Below are positions 8,236 through 16,496 of a stretch of 64,000 bases of DNA, piece by piece. The position numbers and the translations under genes were made by a program. Source of the DNA: a virus; IMG/VR virus record IMGVR_UViG_3300021961_000019. One strand, given 5' to 3'. Numbering within the stretch: the first letter of the stretch is position 1; each line of letters begins with the position of its first letter. The notes beneath the pieces were generated by a model. The model saw only the letters and a list, made by a program, of their open reading frames with translations. It did no database searches and had not been told where the DNA came from.

Positions 8236-10392
8236 TCAAGCGACCAACTCAATAAACTCGGAGAGAATTTTCTTATTCATTTTTTTAGAACGAAGAGACT
8301 TCATGAAGGAACTCTTGATCTGTGCTTTAGTTGCACCTTCTTGCACATCAAAGTCAGCATTAACATTCACATGATTGGCACTAATTCCAAAATAGCGATG
8401 ATAGTAATTGGTCTCCATAGAAACACTATGCTCTTTCTTGAACTCCTTAGTGATTTTTTCATACTTACTTAGATCACCATACCCAACTCCCTCGCGAACA
8501 AACTTATTCAGTTCCCGATTGCTAAGAATGCGAATTCCGATAATGTTTACTTGGGGGAAGCAGTCGCGGAGCTCCTCAATCAGATACTTAGAAATATCAA
8601 TATGATCGGTCATCTTATAGACCTTTCCACTCTTACGATTGCGAAGACAGACCTCAGTTCCATAAGAAGCATATGCAAGTGTCCTGCGGAACAGCGGATC
8701 TTGATCGCTATCGTCAGATAATGTGCGTTCTTCAGTATATTGCATAGAAGCACCTTCACCATCAGTAAGAATGATAGTCTGAACCTTCTGGACTTTATTG
8801 CGCTTCTGGAAGTCTGGAATAATCTGATGAAGGGAGATGATGCTCTCACTCAAAGGTGTTCCACTCAGATCAAGGCGGGGTGACAATCCAATCACACCGT
8901 AGGCATATCTACGGGTAGTGGCAGTAGCAATCCTCCAGAAGTTCTTCATCTGAGTTTCAAGAACCCTTGCGCTCACACCATTTGTCAGGACATTGATAAG
9001 ACTGAAACTCTCACCGACATATAGTTCATGAAGTTTCATACTATGATGTTTCTTTGGAAAAACTGCCTTACCATACTGATCGTAAGTTACGCGAGCATAG
9101 GAACTTGTGAAGAGGTATACGTCAAAAGGAATTGCAACTTTTTTGCAGAACCAGATAAGAGTAAAGAGTTGCTTCACAGTATCCATGAGATAATCTTCCA
9201 TAGATCCAGACCAATCCATCACAAACACAAGACCATGATTTTTCCCATCAGGAAATGTGGTCACTTTCTTAAAGAGATCCTCATTATACTTGTAAGTATG
9301 CAAAGCACGAGTATTCAGAACACCAGTCTTTGATACAGATGCACGTGCATAGGCATCTGCAGATTTACGGCACTCAAATTCCTTCACCAAATAGTTGACT
9401 TCCTTCTGCGCTTCTTTCTTAAAATTTCGATAGTCGCGGTCCCAATCACAAAACACATCCTCAGAACTCTGAACACCAATATAATCAGAGGAAACAAATT
9501 CATGATACTCTTTGTTGTTCACAACAACGCTGTCAATATTAATTTGGGGTGACTGTAGATATATGGGATTGGATCCATTCTGATCAACCAGATCGCGAAG
9601 TTTCTGCTGAAGAACTTCATCGGTCTTAACTTTAGTATCACTCCTCTCACCACCCTCATTAGATGGTTGATTGTTAGAAGCACCAGATTGATCATCACTT
9701 TCACCCTGCTGAGCATCACCATCACTCTCACCATCTTCTTCAGATTCGGATTGTTGATTTTCCCCATCCTCAGACTTCTCACCAGAACCAGCAGATCCGG
9801 AGGGTTGATCATCAGATTGGTTAGGAACTTCTTCCTGTTGCTTGTCCTTTGCACAATAATCATAGAGAACCTTTGCAGCATGAAGCGCATCATCAAAGGT
9901 CTCAGTGTTGCCAATCAGATCAACAATTTCCTGCTCCTCAGCAGTGAATTTTACATCCACGAACAGACCGATCTTGTAGAAGATGTTGACACGATCTGCA
10001 AGGTTCATGGCGCTAATATCCTCATCAGCAATACCAAAGAAGTCATCATCTGATAGTTCTTTGTATCCACGGAAGAAAGTCTTAGGAAGACCAGCATAAC
10101 GACGCTTGATCAACTTCTCAATACGAACGTCTTCAACGACGTTCACAAATTGTCCGGGAATATTAACCTTCTCGCGCCAATCTTCATTTGGGGTATAAAG
10201 AGCGTGACCCACCTCATGTGCCACCAGAAGGTCATACACATCATTCGATGCCCTCTCCCACATAGGAAGGGTCAGAACACGTGTCTGAACGTTAAACTGA
10301 GCAGTCTCAACCCTACGGTGCTCCACCACAAGATCCTCAGTTGCCAGCAACTTTGCCAGTTGAGATTTGATCTGCTGGTTGATTGCGGACAT
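8236..10392 (-). CDS. CobT-like protein: N-terminal HExxH domain, acidic linker, C-terminal vWA domain
   Basis: VAHEVGHAL; FVMDWSGSM MIDAS, GTPL, ILTDGE; near the AAA ATPase. Confidence 0.85.
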   Translation of the reverse strand: MSAINQQIKSQLAKLLATEDLVVEHRRVETAQFNVQTRVLTLPMWERASNDVYDLLVAHEVGHALYTPNEDWREKVNIPGQFVNVVEDVRIEKLIKRRYAGLPKTFFRGYKELSDDDFFGIADEDISAMNLADRVNIFYKIGLFVDVKFTAEEQEIVDLIGNTETFDDALHAAKVLYDYCAKDKQQEEVPNQSDDQPSGSAGSGEKSEDGENQQSESEEDGESDGDAQQGESDDQSGASNNQPSNEGGERSDTKVKTDEVLQQKLRDLVDQNGSNPIYLQSPQINIDSVVVNNKEYHEFVSSDYIGVQSSEDVFCDWDRDYRNFKKEAQKEVNYLVKEFECRKSADAYARASVSKTGVLNTRALHTYKYNEDLFKKVTTFPDGKNHGLVFVMDWSGSMEDYLMDTVKQLFTLIWFCKKVAIPFDVYLFTSSYARVTYDQYGKAVFPKKHHSMKLHELYVGESFSLINVLTNGVSARVLETQMKNFWRIATATTRRYAYGVIGLSPRLDLSGTPLSESIISLHQIIPDFQKRNKVQKVQTIILTDGEGASMQYTEERTLSDDSDQDPLFRRTLAYASYGTEVCLRNRKSGKVYKMTDHIDISKYLIEELRDCFPQVNIIGIRILSNRELNKFVREGVGYGDLSKYEKITKEFKKEHSVSMETNYYHRYFGISANHVNVNADFDVQEGATKAQIKSSFMKSLRSKKMNKKILSEFIELVA

Positions 10393-10417
10393 GGTTCACT
10401 TCCTTGCTTACATAGTC

Positions 10418-10472
10418 ATCATACAAAAAAACCGCCCCATGGGAGCGGTTGGTAGACACTTTCTCAACTGTC
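10418..10472 (-). promoter_or_regulatory. Dyad GACAGTT-N4-AAGTGTC, GC-rich hairpin/terminator and TATGAT -10 box
   Basis: Dyad 10455-10472; AACCGC/GCGGTT stem 10430-10450 with U-tract; TATGAT at 10418-10423. Confidence 0.6.
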
Positions 10473-10477
10473 AGGAA

Positions 10478-12064
10478 TCACTTTCTCTTGGACTGACCTT
10501 CCTTTTCTGCTCTGTATGCATCTGCTTCGCCACTCTTTTTGGCCTTATGTGCTGCGGTCACTCTCTTAGAGAATTCTGCACCAACCTTTGCCATCTTAGG
10601 ATCTCTGTAACCATGAGGATCTTCCTTGGTTCCTGCACCCATTCCACCGCGCTTTTCCAGTTTAGCAAGGTAATCCTTTCTGGAGAACTTTGGATCCTGA
10701 TATGCTTCCTTTACGCCCTCATATTCTGGACGACCCTTATTTACTTTCTTAATCCATGCACGTCTTGCCGAACGAACTTCATCCTTATAGTCAAGTCTCT
10801 TAGCACGATCCTCTCTGTGCTTCTGAACTTCTGGAGAAACTTCCTCACCCATCTGTTTAGCATACCACTTCTCAAAGTCCTCTCTACGCTTATCACCTCT
10901 TGGGGGCATAGGAGTTCTTTCTCCACGAACAGGAGCAGATTTCTTTGCCTGCTCTCTTTCATACTTCTCTGGGTTCTCACGAGCGTGTTGTGCTTCATTT
11001 ACATAATCTTCTTTAGCGTGATACCAACCCTTTCCAGCATCTTGTTGAGAACCACCAGTTTTTTCTGCTTCTTTAGCACGACGAACGGCCATTCCCATCT
11101 TCATTCTACGATCAAGACCAGCAGAACCTTGATCGCGGAGTTTTACTTGTTTTGCTTTAACCTTTTCGTAAGGAAATGGTTTTTCTGCTTCATTTACATA
11201 ATCTTCTTCTACTGGTTTAATCTTACTTCCAGTTCTCTCTGCTCTTGAGGCAAGAGTTTTATTCAGCATATTCTTTTTAGCATTCTGCTTACTATAGTTA
11301 GCAGACATTCCACCATCACCGAAAGAAGCGTTATATCTCCTCTCTCTAGTATTTCTTGCTGCTTTTGCTAGTCTATCAGAAACTTCATCAAGTTGCTCTT
11401 CACCGATAATAATATCAATCGCTTCCTCATCAAGAAAATTTGTCATCATCCACTCTGCTTCTTCCAGAGTTTCTGCATATCCTTCTACACAGAGGAACTC
11501 AAGGACAACATCAAAGATGTCAAGATCTTCTTTCTTAAGTGCTGCTGCTCTTCTTGCTGCTTTGTTTCCTGTTCCACCAACTCCACTATATGATTTTGGC
11601 CAGTTGGAACCTGCTACTTTGGGATTGGGGGGAGTTCCAAGAAGTCCATCTCTATTAGAACGACGAATGTGCTTGATTGTAGCAACATTAGCACCTTGTC
11701 CTGGTCTTGCTCTACCAGAGGCAGTGGTACGCTTAGCAATCATTTCTGCTGCCTTTGCTTTACCCCTTTCACTGGAGATTTCTTCATCAAGATAAAACTC
11801 ATACATCTCATCCCAAGTGAAATCGGAGAGGTCATAACCTTCTTCTACAAATTCACTTACCCAATTTTCAAACTCTTCCTTTCTCACAACACCAGACATC
11901 TTCTTCATTTTTCTGACTGGCTTATAGTCAGAGGGCACGGGATCATCGGAATATGGTGCCTTATCGTATGGATCAATCAATCTACCACCAAGTGCAGTGG
12001 TTTCTTTGGCCTCATAAACTTGGCCATATGCTTCCATTAAATCGCGGAGGTCTTGGGGGTTCAT
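10478..12064 (-). CDS. Modular charged late protein, putative internal head (poly)protein
   Basis: Alternating acidic and K/R-rich modules; repeated EDYVNEA linkers; TATAAATA at 12097-12104. Confidence 0.75.
   Translation of the reverse strand: MNPQDLRDLMEAYGQVYEAKETTALGGRLIDPYDKAPYSDDPVPSDYKPVRKMKKMSGVVRKEEFENWVSEFVEEGYDLSDFTWDEMYEFYLDEEISSERGKAKAAEMIAKRTTASGRARPGQGANVATIKHIRRSNRDGLLGTPPNPKVAGSNWPKSYSGVGGTGNKAARRAAALKKEDLDIFDVVLEFLCVEGYAETLEEAEWMMTNFLDEEAIDIIIGEEQLDEVSDRLAKAARNTRERRYNASFGDGGMSANYSKQNAKKNMLNKTLASRAERTGSKIKPVEEDYVNEAEKPFPYEKVKAKQVKLRDQGSAGLDRRMKMGMAVRRAKEAEKTGGSQQDAGKGWYHAKEDYVNEAQHARENPEKYEREQAKKSAPVRGERTPMPPRGDKRREDFEKWYAKQMGEEVSPEVQKHREDRAKRLDYKDEVRSARRAWIKKVNKGRPEYEGVKEAYQDPKFSRKDYLAKLEKRGGMGAGTKEDPHGYRDPKMAKVGAEFSKRVTAAHKAKKSGEADAYRAEKEGQSKRK
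10991..11207. repeat. 22-bp exact direct repeat TGCTTCATTTACATAATCTTCT (10991-11012, 11186-11207)
   Basis: Read directly; both copies encode EDYVNEA on the minus strand. Confidence 0.9.
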
Positions 12065-12096
12065 GGTATGACTTTTTTTAATAATTTCCGTTTAGT

Positions 12097-12104
12097 TATT
12101 TATA
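12097..12104 (-). promoter_or_regulatory. T4-type late promoter TATAAATA
   Basis: Exact gp55 consensus 33 nt upstream of the 528-aa gene. Confidence 0.85.
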
Positions 12105-12240
12105 AAAAGAAAGCACCCCCTGAGGAGTGCTTTTTCTTGAATGCCTTTAGTCTAGCCTTTGCTTGCCTAAGTGCCTGTGGTTTTAATTTTCTCTTCTGAT
12201 CTTTCTTGCTGTGATGTTGCCAGTTTGGTGTATTTGCCAT
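12100..12240 (-). CDS. Small very basic protein (46 aa), below ORF-track cutoff
   Basis: MANTPNWQHHSKKDQKRKLKPQALRQAKARLKAFKKKHSSGGAFFL*; TACACT -10 at 12262-12267. Confidence 0.65.
   Translation of the reverse strand: MANTPNWQHHSKKDQKRKLKPQALRQAKARLKAFKKKHSSGGAFFL
12105..12133 (-). terminator. Intrinsic terminator, possibly bidirectional
   Basis: AAAGCAC/GTGCTTT stem (12110-12133) with A/T tracts on both sides. Confidence 0.7.
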
Positions 12241-12307
12241 GGTAGTTTGGACCCTGATTTTAGTGTATCTACTAAAAGGAGCCTGAAGGTGTCAGATGTG
12301 CCACTTC

Positions 12308-14017
12308 TTAAACCGGACTACTAAATCCCTTCACTTTATCAAACTTGATCAACTTATTGAATTTATCTTCTAGACCACTCTTATGAGAAATCACGAAGAT
12401 ATTCGCATCTTTCACAACAAATCGAATAATTCTCAAAAACTCTTCTGTACCAAATCCATCCAAAGAACTATCAAAGACTTCATCCATAATCAAAAGATTG
12501 GTATTGACAGAATTCTTGAATTTTGCAACTTCTCTCCAAGTGAAGAGAAGTGCTAGGTCAATTCTCATCTTTTCACCTTCACTAAAGGAAGAATATGAAA
12601 AGTCTTCATGAATTGGTGATAGGACAGTTTCGTTAAATTCATCATCAAGAGTAAAGTTGATATAAAAATCCATCATCTGAAGATAACGGTTTACTTGCTG
12701 ATTAATAAGCGGTAAGTATTTCTTAATGATTTTGGATTTAACTCCACTGTCCCTTAGTAAGTTGTATACAAATTCGTGATTATTAACTTGTGTTTTCTTA
12801 TCTACTAGATTATCATATGTACTCGATAACTCCCTTTGGAATTTTTCTAACTTCTCATGCTCAGTATTTCTGTTCGCAAGGTTGTCGGTAATTCTTTGAA
12901 TTTCCGATTCAAGATCACCGACTTGTCGCTGTAATCCAGAAATCTTAATATTGTTTTGAGAAATTCCATGCGTTAAACTAGTAACCTCTTTAGAAACGGC
13001 AACGAAATGACACTCTCGCTGCTCCTCCTCTTCAATTGCACGTTCGAGTTCTAAAAACCCAGTTTGCAACTCCTTTGCCTTAATTTGAGTGTCTTCAATC
13101 CTATTTAACCGAAACTCTTCTTCTATGTTCTGAGTGCAGGTGGGGCAAACCGTATTTTCACTAAAAAACTTATGCTCTTCAGTAACGGTTGCAACTTTTT
13201 GGGAGATTTTGCCCTTTAATGATCCCAACTTTCTCAACTTATCTTTAGATCCCTTAACATTATCAAGTTCTTCCGTGAGTTTCTCAACCACCCCCGTAGT
13301 ATCTTCATTCTCAGAGATATAAACGCCAATTTCCTCATTCAGATTGGCAATCTTTTCTTTATAGGCATTTATATTGGCATTTCCCCGACTCTCAAATTCA
13401 TGAATAAAGTTCTTCTGCATTTCAAGGCGATCACTTAAAGATTCCTTCTTCAGTTCCAGAGTTCGAATCTCTTCACGACTTTCGCGAATTCTATCTTTGA
13501 CAATTGAGTTCATAGAAGAGAAGATCTTGATGTCAAGAAGATCTTCAATCACCTCTCTACGATTAGCAGCAGAAAGTTGCATAAATGGAACAAAATTACT
13601 AGATCCCAAAATCACAATTTGTGTGAAAGATTTATAGTTCATCTTCAGAACATTTTGCTCCAACCACTTCTGCTGATCAAGTGCTGCAGAGGATTGATCA
13701 AGAGCAGAATCGTTTCTATAAATCTCAAAAATATTTGGCTTGATGCCTCTTACAATTTTCCAGGAAATACCGCCAATATTAAACTCAACCTCAACTCTAC
13801 AGTCTCTCTCATTTACTGTGTTGACCAGTTGTGGTTTGTTAATACGACGAAACGGTTTCCCAAATAAGGAAAACGTTAATGCATCAAGAATAGTAGATTT
13901 ACCGGCACCATTATTCCCAACGATTAACGTTGTGGAATCTTTGTTTAAAGTAATTTCTGTGTATTGATTGCCGGTGCTTAAAAAGTTTTTCCAACGAATT
14001 TTTTCAAATACTATCAT
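12308..14017 (-). CDS. g46: Recombination endonuclease subunit gp46 (SbcC/Rad50-like)
   Basis: WKNFLSTGN, GNNGAGKST Walker A, CPTC zinc hook, FSEGEK signature, LIMDEVFDSSLD. Confidence 0.97.
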   Translation of the reverse strand: MIVFEKIRWKNFLSTGNQYTEITLNKDSTTLIVGNNGAGKSTILDALTFSLFGKPFRRINKPQLVNTVNERDCRVEVEFNIGGISWKIVRGIKPNIFEIYRNDSALDQSSAALDQQKWLEQNVLKMNYKSFTQIVILGSSNFVPFMQLSAANRREVIEDLLDIKIFSSMNSIVKDRIRESREEIRTLELKKESLSDRLEMQKNFIHEFESRGNANINAYKEKIANLNEEIGVYISENEDTTGVVEKLTEELDNVKGSKDKLRKLGSLKGKISQKVATVTEEHKFFSENTVCPTCTQNIEEEFRLNRIEDTQIKAKELQTGFLELERAIEEEEQRECHFVAVSKEVTSLTHGISQNNIKISGLQRQVGDLESEIQRITDNLANRNTEHEKLEKFQRELSSTYDNLVDKKTQVNNHEFVYNLLRDSGVKSKIIKKYLPLINQQVNRYLQMMDFYINFTLDDEFNETVLSPIHEDFSYSSFSEGEKMRIDLALLFTWREVAKFKNSVNTNLLIMDEVFDSSLDGFGTEEFLRIIRFVVKDANIFVISHKSGLEDKFNKLIKFDKVKGFSSPV

Positions 14018-14031
14018 CGATCATCATCACA

Positions 14032-14307
14032 TCAAATTGTATCAAATGTAAGATCCTCTGGTGGAAATACTATGTCATTCTTCGTAATGACTGCATACTT
14101 ATATCCACCAATTTCGCATGTTTGAATAATTAAATCATCATCCAATTCTATCACGTGCATTTCTGGATATCCATTACCCTCTAATAACATAGCATATCTA
14201 ACAGCATCATCCTCTTCTTCAAAAACATATAACACCATATCCCCATCCGGGGATTCTACAGCATATACACCTTCCTTTTCGCTTCCATATATTGTTAGAA
14301 TATACAT
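14032..14307 (-). CDS. Conserved acidic hypothetical protein between g47 and g46
   Basis: YILT..G...EG.YAV...G..VLY.FEEEDDA.RYA..L; start trimmed. Confidence 0.75.
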   Translation of the reverse strand: MYILTIYGSEKEGVYAVESPDGDMVLYVFEEEDDAVRYAMLLEGNGYPEMHVIELDDDLIIQTCEIGGYKYAVITKNDIVFPPEDLTFDTI

Positions 14308-14308
14308 G

Positions 14309-15349
14309 TCATACCATTTCGCAAGCTTCCCGATAGATATTATGAATAATGGACTGAATCTCAGACCTATCAAGTTGAGTATCAGATTCGTTTATATATC
14401 TATTCAAGATAGAAAGTGTATCTTCTGACTCAATTGCTTCGAAGTCTTCATTCTCTTGAATTTGGAAGTTTTCAACGATCTTCAACTCATACACATTTGC
14501 TTTAAAGATCTTATCAATAAACTTCTCAAAATGCTTGGGATTTGATTTCTTACGAACTACTACCTTAACGATCTTATTTTCAAGTTCCCTAGTGTCAAAG
14601 GTTTGATATGGAGTATCTTCATAATAGATGTTATAAAACATCCGATATGGATTATTAATTGGAGTATGTTCCAGAGTCTCCGTATCAAAAATGTGAAATC
14701 CACGAGTTTCCTTTACATCATTCCAAAACATCTCATATGGATTGCCCAGGTAATAAATTGGATCTACTGACGATCTAGTGTGATAGTGCCCAGAGAAGAC
14801 TTTGGTGAACGTCTTAAATAATTCGCTGCCAAGACCTTCCTCCATGACGTGGCCACGACTAGCTGCAAATCCTCTGAGTTCAAGGTGCCCCATCGCACAC
14901 TTGCAAGATGTACCTTTAATAAGTTTAAGAGTTTCTTCTTCATTTTCTTGATTAATCCATGGTATAAAAAGAACCTTTAATTTTCCCAAAAGAACTTCTT
15001 GTGGGGAAGAATAGATCTTTACATTTGCATATTCGCGAAGCAAAAGATCTACGGCATTTACAGAATTTGTATTTTTGTAGTAAACATCATGATTGCCAAC
15101 AATCAAGTGTAAGTCAATTCCCCTGCCCTTGATGGGATCAAAGATATTATTCTTAGCCCATGTTAGAGCAGAAAAATCAATTCCCTTCCGGCTGTCAAAA
15201 GCATCACCCATATGAACTATGGTCTTAATTCCCTCACTATCCAGAGTAGGGAAGAAAATATCCTCATAGAACCTTAAAAAATAATCATGAAAAACTTTAG
15301 AGTTTTTTCGAGCACCATAATGAGTGTCTGTAATGATTGCAACTTTCAC
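14309..15349 (-). CDS. g47: Recombination nuclease subunit gp47 (SbcD/Mre11-like)
   Basis: ITDTHYG, HMGDAFD, VGNHD, GHLE, SGHYH metallophosphoesterase motifs. Confidence 0.97.
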   Translation of the reverse strand: MKVAIITDTHYGARKNSKVFHDYFLRFYEDIFFPTLDSEGIKTIVHMGDAFDSRKGIDFSALTWAKNNIFDPIKGRGIDLHLIVGNHDVYYKNTNSVNAVDLLLREYANVKIYSSPQEVLLGKLKVLFIPWINQENEEETLKLIKGTSCKCAMGHLELRGFAASRGHVMEEGLGSELFKTFTKVFSGHYHTRSSVDPIYYLGNPYEMFWNDVKETRGFHIFDTETLEHTPINNPYRMFYNIYYEDTPYQTFDTRELENKIVKVVVRKKSNPKHFEKFIDKIFKANVYELKIVENFQIQENEDFEAIESEDTLSILNRYINESDTQLDRSEIQSIIHNIYREACEMV

Positions 15350-15362
15350 AAATTAATCCCCA

Positions 15363-15797
15363 TCAAATCTCATGCTTCAAACGCAATCTCTCAAGAAGTC
15401 TTTGATATTGTTCCGTAAGAGTCTTGTTCAATTTTAAAACTGGAGTATAATCATTTGGTGCAGGTGCATCGTGACGCAATAATGCATTTACAACTGCGGC
15501 AGGTCTTCCCGATACGTTAATTGATCCGTGGAGGACATTTGGAGGAATTACAACTGCTACTGGCGATTCCGCATTCATAGAAATATATCTGACCTTATCA
15601 TTTTCAACATAAAACAAATACGAAATTCCTTGAACAGGAATCAGTTGATCTGTTTGATTTTCATGAGAAAACATCTCAAATGGATTATTATGAGATATTT
15701 CTACCAAAAATGTCTCACAACTACGATAAGAGGTGTAAAACTTACACCCACTGGTGCTCATATATGAGATTGGTTCAACAGAAACCGTTTGTGGCAT
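15363..15797 (-). CDS. RmlC-like cupin (sugar epimerase/isomerase-like)
   Basis: H.NQTDQL..VQG...L and VVIPPNVLHGSIN cupin motifs; SD GAGGAG; own promoter. Confidence 0.6.
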   Translation of the reverse strand: MPQTVSVEPISYMSTSGCKFYTSYRSCETFLVEISHNNPFEMFSHENQTDQLIPVQGISYLFYVENDKVRYISMNAESPVAVVIPPNVLHGSINVSGRPAAVVNALLRHDAPAPNDYTPVLKLNKTLTEQYQRLLERLRLKHEI

Positions 15798-15827
15798 ACA
15801 AACTCCTCACCGGGAAATATATCTTTA

Positions 15828-15856
15828 AATATATCATGCATTAATTTGACTGTCAA
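15828..15856 (-). promoter_or_regulatory. Sigma70 promoter for the cupin gene
   Basis: TTGACA (15851-15856)-N17-TATATT (15828-15833). Confidence 0.75.
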
Positions 15857-15867
15857 CAATTACAGCA

Positions 15868-16365
15868 TTAATACCGCAGTTTATTGTGAACAGAATCTTT
15901 AATCGAATTGTAATCGCTGTAATTCATTCCATCAATTGATACGTCGTCCACGAACACCTCATCAAATCCGGTCTTCTCAAGGATTTTGTTCTTGATTTCT
16001 AACTGACGCTTTTCCTTTTGAATTCTACGCAGAAAAGCATAATGAATAATTTGAGTAAAATATGCAAAGGGGTTCTGTGATTTTTTTGGATCAAAATTAT
16101 GAATGTATTGAATGCAATTCTCAATACCATCAGAAATCATATCTTCCTTGAACATATAGTTCACGAAGTTTGGTTTAAAAGATAGGTGAGTTGCGATCTT
16201 CAGAAAACAGTCACCAATATAATTCGTGATCCTTGGTTTTTCATTGCCCCTAATCTGAGCAATCTCACAATTTTCCCGATATGTAATAAGAGCTGCTAGG
16301 AATTCTTTATTATTCACATAGTGCTCAGATCTCTTCTTTCTTACCATTACCGCAGTTGTCAACAT
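15868..16365 (-). CDS. g55: Late-transcription sigma factor gp55
   Basis: HYVNNKEFL, YIGDCFLKIATHLSFKPNF.NY.F..DMISDGIENC, NPFAYFTQI...AFLRRI.KEK. Confidence 0.97.
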   Translation of the reverse strand: MLTTAVMVRKKRSEHYVNNKEFLAALITYRENCEIAQIRGNEKPRITNYIGDCFLKIATHLSFKPNFVNYMFKEDMISDGIENCIQYIHNFDPKKSQNPFAYFTQIIHYAFLRRIQKEKRQLEIKNKILEKTGFDEVFVDDVSIDGMNYSDYNSIKDSVHNKLRY

Positions 16366-16389
16366 ACTAAACGATTCAAACTATGTATC

Positions 16390-16418
16390 ATTATACGACA
16401 TTCAACACAATTGCGCAA
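16390..16418 (-). promoter_or_regulatory. Sigma70-like promoter of g55
   Basis: TTGCGC (16413-16418)-N17-TATAAT (16390-16395). Confidence 0.7.
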
Positions 16419-16422
16419 GGCC

Positions 16423-16496
16423 TTGACAAGGAACCAAAACAGCAGTAGACTACCTTTGTTAGGGTTGAAGGATGAGTTATAGCTTAGCTTTAAGAC
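16423..16496 (+). repeat. Promoter-plus-leader element, copy 1 (putative small/antisense RNA start)
   Basis: TTGACA-N17-TAGACT; 16446-16493 matches 33609-33656 at 45/48 nt; no + strand gene downstream. Confidence 0.8.

Noticed and set aside
6320-10392. Cobalamin biosynthesis auxiliary metabolic genes
   Set aside because: Motifs support only a generic MoxR AAA+/vWA pair; no other cob genes are present.
10367-12040. 293-aa and other + strand ORFs opposite the 528-aa gene
   Set aside because: Hydrophobic F/L/S-rich mirror of a K/E-rich coding strand.
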